Below, one piece after another: positions 56,833-64,000 of a stretch of DNA of 64,000 bases; the first letter of the stretch is position 1, and each line of letters begins with the position of its first letter. Made by a program: the position numbers and the translations under genes. The notes beneath the pieces are model-generated. The model did not search any database and was not told where the DNA came from. It worked only from the letters and a program-made list of their open reading frames with translations. This DNA comes from Opitutales bacterium (GTDB lineage Bacteria > Verrucomicrobiota > Verrucomicrobiia > Opitutales > PNEW01): contig CBDANS010000007.1 in assembly GCA_965197745.1 (NCBI GenBank), forward strand, positions 1,856,001-1,920,000, read 5' to 3'.

Positions 56833-56972
56833 ATGAATATCCTCGTCCAGATCGCTATCTCTACAACGACCCGAACTTTCAGGTTGGAGACTTGGTTTCG
56901 CGAGGATTAAAACTACAACTTACTTTTCAATCGCCCAACCAAGTCCGAGAGCCCCAAGCCTTGGGCTTTTTT
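56833..56972 (+). promoter_or_regulatory. Putative Thr leader peptide (56833-56910) and attenuator
   Basis: MNILVQIAISTTTRTFRLETWFRED*; alternative pairings; hairpin + T-run at 56948-56972. Confidence 0.7.
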
Positions 56973-56993
56973 ATTGATTAAACAGCAAATATT

Positions 56994-58820
56994 ATGAAGT
57001 CGATGACCCCCCTAGAGGAAATGCGACATTCCGCGGCACATATTTTGGCCGCCGCCGTAAAACGTATTTGGACCGACACCAAGTTTGATATTGGGCCACC
57101 CACGAATAGCGGATTCTATTATGATATGGATCTGGTTCATAATTTTACCGCTGAAGATCTGGAAAAGATTGAAGCTGAAATGAAGAAAATTATTAAAGAG
57201 AATCAGCCATTTGTCCGCAAGGAAGTAACACGCGAAGAAGCCCTAAAGTTTTTTCAGGATCAAGATCAACCTTATAAAATTGAACGCCTTGATGACATAG
57301 AAGAGAATGAACCGATAACTTTTTATGAGAATGGCGAATTTATCGATCTCTGTGCGGGAACGCATGTTCGCTATACCAAGCAAGTTAAAGCCTTCAAGTT
57401 ACTTTCTATTGCCGGAGCCTATTATCGGGGTGACGAAAATAATAAACAACTGCAGCGAATATATGGCACTGCCTACCCCACGAAAAAAGAACTTGATCAT
57501 TACCTGGCACAATTAGAGGAAGCCAAGAAACGCGATCACCGCAAGTTAGGAAAAGATATGAATCTTTTTCATATCGATGATAGTGTCGGTCAGGGTTTAA
57601 TCCTCTGGCAACCCAATGGGTCAATCATCAGGCAGGAGCTTCAGACATTTATCAGTGAAGAGCTTATAAAGCAAGGTTACCATCAGGTATTCACACCTCA
57701 TATAGGTAAACTTGGACTCTATCGCACTTCAGGGCATTTCCCTTACTATCAAGAAAGCCAGTATCCACCGATAATCGAAAATGAGGTAATTCAGATGATG
57801 GCTGAGGAAAACTGTTCCTGTGCGCAACTTGCTAATCGCTTAAAAGAAGGGGAAGTCGAAGGTTATCTCCTCAAACCTATGAATTGCCCCATGCATATAA
57901 AAATTTATAATGCGCAACCCCATTCTTACCGCGATTTACCCGTAAGGCTCGCTGAATTCGGCACTGTTTATCGCTGGGAACAATCAGGAGAACTGAATGG
58001 TATGGTCCGTGTCCGTGGTTTGACCCAAGACGATGGCCACATATTCTGTACCGACGATCAACTTGCCGATGAGATCAAAGCTAGTCTTGATGTCGTTAAG
58101 ATTATCCTGCAGACACTCGGAATCTTAGATTATCGTGTTCGTATCGGTTTGCGTGATCCTGATTCTTCAAAATATGCTGGCGATTCAGCGCTTTGGGACA
58201 AAGCAGAAGAGAACCTGCGCCATGCAGCCCAAACTTTAGATGTCGATTTTGAAGAAGAACGAGGAGAAGCGGCTTTTTACGGACCTAAAATTGATTTTGT
58301 GATCAAAGATGTGATTGAACGCGAATGGCAATTGGGAACAGTCCAGGTCGATTATAACCTCCCTGAGCGCTTTGATCTTAATTATATTGGTTCCGATAAT
58401 AAACCACACCGACCGGTGATGGTTCATCGCGCTCCATTTGGGTCAATGGAAAGATTTGTCGGGCTGCTGATTGAACATTTTGGAGGAAATTTTCCCACCT
58501 GGCTAGCTCCTGAACAAGTACGCATACTCCCGATCAATGACAATCTAAATAGCTACGCCGATAAAATATGCAATCTCTTAAAAGATGAAAAAGTACGAGC
58601 TACAGTCGATACTATTTCTGACAAACTGGGTGCTAAAATCCGACGATCAGAGATTGACAAGGTTCCTTATACCCTGGTTGTCGGTGCTAAAGAAGAGGAA
58701 TCAAACACGGTAACCGTCCGATCGCGAGTAAATAAAAAAAGGGAGGGCACAGTTAATCTGCAAGAATTCAATAACAGCTTAAAAGACGAAATTAGTAATA
58801 AATTATTACCGGATAAGTAA
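56994..58820 (+). CDS. thrS: Threonyl-tRNA synthetase (no N-terminal TGS domain)
   Basis: RHSAAH, DLCAGTH, RDHRKLG, KPMNCP, FYGPKID. Confidence 0.96.
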   Translation: MKSMTPLEEMRHSAAHILAAAVKRIWTDTKFDIGPPTNSGFYYDMDLVHNFTAEDLEKIEAEMKKIIKENQPFVRKEVTREEALKFFQDQDQPYKIERLDDIEENEPITFYENGEFIDLCAGTHVRYTKQVKAFKLLSIAGAYYRGDENNKQLQRIYGTAYPTKKELDHYLAQLEEAKKRDHRKLGKDMNLFHIDDSVGQGLILWQPNGSIIRQELQTFISEELIKQGYHQVFTPHIGKLGLYRTSGHFPYYQESQYPPIIENEVIQMMAEENCSCAQLANRLKEGEVEGYLLKPMNCPMHIKIYNAQPHSYRDLPVRLAEFGTVYRWEQSGELNGMVRVRGLTQDDGHIFCTDDQLADEIKASLDVVKIILQTLGILDYRVRIGLRDPDSSKYAGDSALWDKAEENLRHAAQTLDVDFEEERGEAAFYGPKIDFVIKDVIEREWQLGTVQVDYNLPERFDLNYIGSDNKPHRPVMVHRAPFGSMERFVGLLIEHFGGNFPTWLAPEQVRILPINDNLNSYADKICNLLKDEKVRATVDTISDKLGAKIRRSEIDKVPYTLVVGAKEEESNTVTVRSRVNKKREGTVNLQEFNNSLKDEISNKLLPDK

Positions 58821-58883
58821 TTTATTGAAATCTGAAAATAATTTCTGCATTTCTGCTTGGGAAATAAATTTAAACTGTTTTAT

Positions 58884-59465
58884 TTATTGGGATTTAGCGA
58901 TAACGACAATACCGGGACCATTATTAAAAGATTTTGGGTAATCTAAATAGATATTCTTTTGCTGGCCATCTGCTTTATTTTTTACCCAGGCCTTAACGGC
59001 TATTGCTTCAGCTAATCCTCCCCGGTGAGCTGTATAGTAAACGACACTGATTATCCCTTTGATGGCGATCAGTTGCCAGGCCAGTTCAAGGGCTTTGATC
59101 GTTGATTCTGGATTTGTAACGATCGATTTATTACTGCCGGGCAAGTAACCGAGGTTAAAAAATACTCCTTTTATCTTTTGGTGGTATTTACGCGGCAAAA
59201 GAGTGTGCATCTTTTCGTGTCCTGCATGGAAAAGAGTTAGACGATCGAGCATTCCGGCGTGTTGCATCAGACTGCGCGTACTGACGATAGCCTGTTTCTG
59301 AAGATCAAACCCGAAAACATGACCTTCAGCACCAACAGATTCTGCCAGGAAGCATGTGTCGTAGCCATTTCCGATTGTGGCATCAATGACAATATCGCCT
59401 GTCCCTATAAATTCCAGTGCCTTTTCATGGGATAGTTCGACTATATTCTCAAATCCGCTCATCAT
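58884..59465 (-). CDS. SAM-dependent methyltransferase (YtqB/MnmM-like)
   Basis: DATIGNGYDT, FDLQ, FNLGYLPG. Confidence 0.85.
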   Translation of the reverse strand: MMSGFENIVELSHEKALEFIGTGDIVIDATIGNGYDTCFLAESVGAEGHVFGFDLQKQAIVSTRSLMQHAGMLDRLTLFHAGHEKMHTLLPRKYHQKIKGVFFNLGYLPGSNKSIVTNPESTIKALELAWQLIAIKGIISVVYYTAHRGGLAEAIAVKAWVKNKADGQQKNIYLDYPKSFNNGPGIVVIAKSQ

Positions 59466-59527
59466 CGAAATGTCTCAGAACCAATGCAATGGTCTCTTCA
59501 TCGAGGGCCGAGCGGTTGACACTTTAT

Positions 59528-60376
59528 TTAAGGCAAATCAGTCTTGAGTGCTTCATCATCAAAAACCATTTCACCAACACGTGTAGCGGACCCGGTCATA
59601 GTAATGGCATAGTCATCACTGATGTAAATCGAGATATCACCCCCAGGCATATGCACCACAACCTCCGGGTTAATTTTATCCAGCTTACGAGCTACCGCAG
59701 CAGCGGCACTGCTGCTGCTTCCTGAAGCCAGAGTATACCCCGCTCCACGCTCCCATATTTCTATTTGTATATTACTGCGATCTAATATTTTGAGCAGTTG
59801 AACATTTGTGCGGTTGGGAAACATGGCGTGCGTCTCTAAGAGTGGCCCCAAGCGTTTTGCCATTTCTTCGGAAATTTCCGGTAAAAGCAAAACACAGTGA
59901 GGATTTCCTATTGTCGCTGCGGAAAACTGGTAATTGTCTCCCCCTATTTCTATGTTTTCTTCTATTACCTCACGCGGTTGCCCGCTGACAGGAATTTCAT
60001 TGCTATGGAAGCTTACCTTTCCCATTGCAACCGTGATTGAATTTCCCCCTTCCCGGATTTCACAAGTAACTATCCCGCCCGGTGTCGCTACCGTAAATGG
60101 TTTGTCAGAAACCCTCCCACGATCCAGTAAATAACGTGAAAAGATTCGTAACCCATTTCCGCTCTTTTCCGCTTCACTGCCATCGGGATTAAAAATTCGT
60201 AATCCGAAATCGGCCCCCTCATTTTTTTCAGGCCCAAAGAGTATGCCATCTGATCCTAAGCCAAAATTTCGATGACATATGACTTTTATCTCCTCCCTCT
60301 TCGGTGGAGTCGGTGCATCTTCTGGATCCAGCACCAGGTAATCATTACCCAGTGCATGGTATTTGTAATATCTCAT
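59528..60376 (-). CDS. dapF: Diaminopimelate epimerase family; Ser at both canonical Cys positions
   Basis: KYHALGNDY, NPDGSEAEKSGNG, GNPH, ERGAGYTLASGSS. Confidence 0.88.
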   Translation of the reverse strand: MRYYKYHALGNDYLVLDPEDAPTPPKREEIKVICHRNFGLGSDGILFGPEKNEGADFGLRIFNPDGSEAEKSGNGLRIFSRYLLDRGRVSDKPFTVATPGGIVTCEIREGGNSITVAMGKVSFHSNEIPVSGQPREVIEENIEIGGDNYQFSAATIGNPHCVLLLPEISEEMAKRLGPLLETHAMFPNRTNVQLLKILDRSNIQIEIWERGAGYTLASGSSSSAAAAVARKLDKINPEVVVHMPGGDISIYISDDYAITMTGSATRVGEMVFDDEALKTDLP

Positions 60377-60451
60377 CTAACCGTCACCCTATAATGCAGA
60401 TTTCCGCTATCGAGTGGTAGCGTATATGGGGATTCAATCCTACACGCCTTC

Positions 60452-60769
60452 TTAATTGAAGGACTTACCACAACCGCAAGTGGTCTTGGCATTGGGGTTA
60501 TGTACTTCGAATCCCTTGCCGTTGAGGCCATCGTCAAAATCTACACTGCAGTCATCGAGATGACTTATACTCTCAGTATCAACAATGAACTCGATGTTCT
60601 GACTTTTTTGCAGCACATCATCTTTCTTCCTCTCATCAAATGACATACCATACTCCAGCCCCGAACAACCACCGGCTTCTACAAAAAGGCGAAGATATTT
60701 ACTATCGTCCGCCAAATCTGTTTTCAATTGTCGGATGCGCGCAGCAGCTCTTTCAGTCAATTTAATCAT
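60452..60769 (-). CDS. HesB/IscA/ErpA Fe-S carrier
   Basis: GGCSGLEY, CGCGKSF. Confidence 0.92.
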   Translation of the reverse strand: MIKLTERAAARIRQLKTDLADDSKYLRLFVEAGGCSGLEYGMSFDERKKDDVLQKSQNIEFIVDTESISHLDDCSVDFDDGLNGKGFEVHNPNAKTTCGCGKSFN

Positions 60770-62264
60770 ACAAGTATATATAGCTAATGACTATTAACTT
60801 TTTGTCAATGAATGAAGACACTTCCTGACCTCTACCATTCGTGAAGTTAAATTCAAAGTCTAATGAATACAAATTTTCATACTATAAATAACATTAGCCT
60901 CTTGCAAATATAAATAAATAACCTTTCATAGTCTATATCGTGACACGCATAAAACACCTTCTCAATGAGATTAATTATGAACTGGTACGTCGTTTGGCTG
61001 AAGGGGGAATGGGTGAGGTTTACGAGGCACGTCAAAACGGGATTGACCATTTTTCTAAGACCGTAGCCATTAAGTTAATTCGCGAAGAGTATTCCGCGAT
61101 AAAAGAGTTTCGTAGAAATTTTGTGGGTGAGGGCAAAACTGGTAGCAGATTTAATCCATACCAGTATCGTGCAAACCTACCATCTTGGGGAAATAGAGGG
61201 GCAGTATTTTATCGTAATGGAATATGTAAACGGCATCAATCTTGAAGAATTTCATTTTAAACATATGTCACTTCGCATTCCCATCCCTATCGATATAACC
61301 GTTTTTATTGTATCACGAGTATGCCGTGGCCTCGCCTATGCGCATACTAAATGCGATAAAGAGGGAAGACTTCTCAATATTGTCCATCGCGATGTCAACC
61401 CCAAGAACATCATGCTCGCCCATGAGGGGGATGTTAAGCTCACTGACTTCGGTATCGCGAAAGCCCTCGATCTCATGTATAACGTAGAAGGTGAAGTTAT
61501 TGCTGGAGTGACCCCCAAAAATGGTATCATTAACAGAGAGAGGTTATCGGGATAAACAGATAACCTCAATGAAAAGAAAAAGATATACAACAGAACAGAT
61601 CATAGCAATACTGCGGCAGCCCGATACGGGCAAAACCGTGCAGGAAGTCTGCCACGGCAACAACCTAAGTGAACAGACCTTCTATCGCTGGGGCAAAAAG
61701 TATGGCAACTTGGAGCTGGCTGATGCGAAGCGATTTAAAGAGCTGGAAAAGGAGAATACGGAGCTGAAGAAGATGCTCGCTGATCAAATGCTCAAGCTTC
61801 GGGTGTTGGAGGAAACGCTCTCAAAAAAATGGTGAGCCCAAAGCAGAAGAAGCGAGCAGTAAAAGATGCGGCTGAGAAGGGGCTGTGCTCGTTTTAGAGG
61901 GCTTGTGCTTATCTCAGCCTCAGTTGGTCAACGTACAGCTACCGACCCAAGCAGGCCAGTAAGAAGGCTCAGCAATTGGCCGAGCGGATTTTGACCTTGT
62001 CCTGGGAACATCCCCGTTACGGTTACCGGCGCATTCGTGCCTTGCTGGTGAAAGAAGGTTGGGCGGCAAGCAGGAAATTTGTACAGGCAGTGCGACGTTC
62101 TTCGGGCTTACAGGTAAAGCCCCCGAAAAAGCGTAGACACCGTCAGGGGATCTCTACTGGGCTCCCTACTAAAGCAACCGGTCGCAATCACGTCTGGTCC
62201 TGGGACTTTGTCCATGATCGTACAGACAATGGCGGTATGCTAAAGATGATGACCTTGATCGATG

Positions 62265-62307
62265 TACCGAGGAGCTGAAAGCGACGACACTCAAGCGAAG
62301 CGAAGAC
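62265..62307 (+). repeat. 43-nt micro-insert in the D-E-YTR codon of A2
   Basis: TACCGAGGAGCTGAAAGCGACGACACTCAAGCGAAGCGAAGAC (1 difference from A1). Confidence 0.9.
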
Positions 62308-62435
62308 ATATACGCGTAAATGTTTACGCATCCGGGTAGCTCGACAGCTCACCTCAACCGATGTTCTCTCGGTACTCAGCGAAACCATCGATGAAGAGGG
62401 AGTTCCTAGCTATATCCGCAGTGACAACGGCAGTG

Positions 62436-62467
62436 TTCCGAGGAGCGAAGCGACGACATGCGAAGCC
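62436..62467 (+). repeat. 32-nt micro-insert in the SDNGS-E-F codon of A2
   Basis: Identical to the A1 insert. Confidence 0.9.
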
Positions 62468-63272
62468 ATTCATTGCTCATCAGGTGCAGCAGTGGTTGTC
62501 CGACAAAAAGATCAAGGCGATATATATCGATCCGGGCAGTCCCTGGCAAAACGGTTTCATCGAGTCGTTTCACAACCGCTTACGCGATGAGTGTTTGAAC
62601 CGTGAAGTGTTGCTCAGCGTGGCTGAAGCGCAAGTGCTAATAGAACAATGGCGTCAGACCTATAACAATGAACATCCCCACAGTCGATTAGGCTTTAAAA
62701 GCCCACAAGAGTTTGTCACATTCCTTTCCGCTCTTGGCCGCGTTCGGGCTACGCCCTCACTGCGCCAAGATCTCTCATATACATCAATCCTAAAACCATT
62801 AACACCCGGTAGTTCTCTCACTTAAAATTTGATACGAAATACGGGGTCCGATCATTGCTGGTAAAGATGAATACCTATCCCCGGAACAGGTTCGACGAGA
62901 TGTAACAGATGCCCGGGCTGATATTTTTTCATGTGGTATCGTATTAGCGGAATTGCTCCTCGATAATAATATTTTTGAAGAAGATCATCCCAAGTTGACC
63001 CGCAAGAATATCCTCAAAATGCCAATACCGGATTTTACAAAATTGCGCTCTGATATAGATCCTAAACTGAACGAAATCCTTCATAAAACTTTTCAGCGGG
63101 ACCGCAAGAAACGATACCAAAGTGCCGCTGAATTACTCACCGCCCTGGAAGTTTACCTCTATAGTGATGGTTATGGACCTACCATTGAAAAATTAGCGGA
63201 TTATTTGCGTAATTTATTTTCCGATAAAAAACCCGAGGCCTTAACCCATCAGTCGACGGGACCTTCTTCTTG

Positions 63273-63299
63273 ATATAATTTATATAATTTATATAATTT
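63273..63299 (+). repeat. (ATATAATTT)x3 upstream of rpoN
   Basis: Three exact 9-mers, each containing TATAAT. Confidence 0.85.
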
Positions 63300-63320
63300 A
63301 TATATTATATAAACCACCTG

Positions 63321-64000
63321 ATGAGCACACAAGGTCTACATCAAGTTCAAAAGCAGACACAAACGTTAGTATTGGCGCCACAATTGCGCCAGTCCCTTAA
63401 AATATTACAAGTGCCTGCTCTCGACCTGCGCAATGTAATTGTCGAAGAATTGCAGAATAATCCGGCTCTCGAGGAACTTCCGATAGAGGGTATCAGTATT
63501 GAAGAGACCAATGATCCAGGAGATAGCAATGAAAAAGACAGCTCCCGTGATGAACTGGAATTCAGTGATGATTTTACGGTACTCGATAAAATGGCGAGCG
63601 ACTGGAACGATATCTATGCCCAGGATGGAGTTAGTTTTTCTCCCGAAGCAGCAGATAGTCGTCAGCATTTCTTTGATTCTCTCACCAGTGAGACATCCCT
63701 TCAGGAACATCTAATGCGCCAGGCAGAGCTATCTGATGCACCCCAGGATGTAATAAACGCCCTCGAATACCTGGTGGGTAGCCTCGATGATCATGGTTTC
63801 CTCACTACCGCGCTCTCTGATCTTGCGCTGATGAGTGATCTTCCCCTTAACACCGTGCAGGAGGCACATAAACTTCTAAAAACCCTTGATCCACCAGGCA
63901 TTGGTAGCGCCAACCTTCAAGAATGTATCCTTACCCAACTTATGATTGAGGGCAAGGAGGAGAGCATCGCCGCAGTTATTATTAAAAGTCATTTTGAGCT
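63321..64000 (+). CDS. rpoN: RNA polymerase sigma-54, runs off the window end
   Basis: QVQKQTQTLVLAPQLRQSLKILQ, NNPALE, SLQEHL, GSLDDHGFL, DPPGIG. Confidence 0.93.
   Translation, partial: MSTQGLHQVQKQTQTLVLAPQLRQSLKILQVPALDLRNVIVEELQNNPALEELPIEGISIEETNDPGDSNEKDSSRDELEFSDDFTVLDKMASDWNDIYAQDGVSFSPEAADSRQHFFDSLTSETSLQEHLMRQAELSDAPQDVINALEYLVGSLDDHGFLTTALSDLALMSDLPLNTVQEAHKLLKTLDPPGIGSANLQECILTQLMIEGKEESIAAVIIKSHFE

Larger units (their letters stand above)
61504..62854 (+). mobile_element. IS3-family element type A, copy A2
   Basis: TGGAGTGACCCCC...CGGGGTCCGATCA; 4-bp duplication TTGC; orfA 61569-61835; orfB to 62825 broken by two inserts. Confidence 0.95.
60940..63273 (+). pseudogene. Ser/Thr protein kinase, frameshifted near 61130 and split by IS-A2
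   Basis: [22 protein letters not shown]; removing the IS restores VIAGKDEYLSPEQ; C-lobe to 63273. Confidence 0.9.

Noticed and set aside
56710..56993. T-box riboswitch before thrS
   Set aside because: No GGTGGnACCGCG T-box sequence seen; the leader-peptide model fits better.
62265..62307. Selenocysteine or stop read-through at the in-frame TGA of the 43-nt insert
   Set aside because: It would add 14 residues, lose the conserved Glu, and cannot fix the frameshifting 32-mer downstream.
62436..62467. Inserts as group I/II introns, hammerhead ribozymes, attC sites or MITEs
   Set aside because: Far too short for group I/II introns; no CUGAnGA/GAAA core, no RYYYAAC/GTTRRRY ends, no terminal inverted repeats or consistent target duplication.
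1..64000. CRISPR array, rRNA, prophage structural genes, retron/DGR
   Set aside because: No regularly spaced repeats, rRNA-like sequence, capsid/terminase or reverse transcriptase motifs seen.

Overview
Bacterial chromosomal window, most likely from a Verrucomicrobiota/Opitutales-like organism (inferred from protein styles). It is mostly housekeeping genes: pgi, rsmI, rluD, lpxK, topB, fbaA, menFDB, metG, a 2-oxoacid:ferredoxin oxidoreductase, an Opp-type ABC transporter, murJ, gmhA, a CCA-adding enzyme, pyrD, hemB, cysS, thrS, dapF and rpoN. Accessory content is four IS3-family (IS407-like) elements of two types and a ~7 kb integrase island in tRNA-Leu(GAG), carrying an atypical sialidase between two inverted IS copies. 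The most striking signal is five tiny (32 and 43 nt) hairpin-forming inserts with core CCGAGGAGC..GCGACGAC-A-..GC(G/A)AAG(C/A)C. Each sits inside a conserved Glu codon of the transposase core (D-E-Y-T-R and S-D-N-G-S-E-F). They occur in two different IS types, one insert-free copy is present for comparison, and the coding sequence between the inserts shows many synonymous changes and no stops. This could be a removable/bypassed micro-element or a site-targeted IS-silencing element. Other points: a candidate Thr-rich leader-peptide attenuator before thrS, a structured hairpin shared by both IS types, and lesions concentrated in regulatory or dispensable genes.
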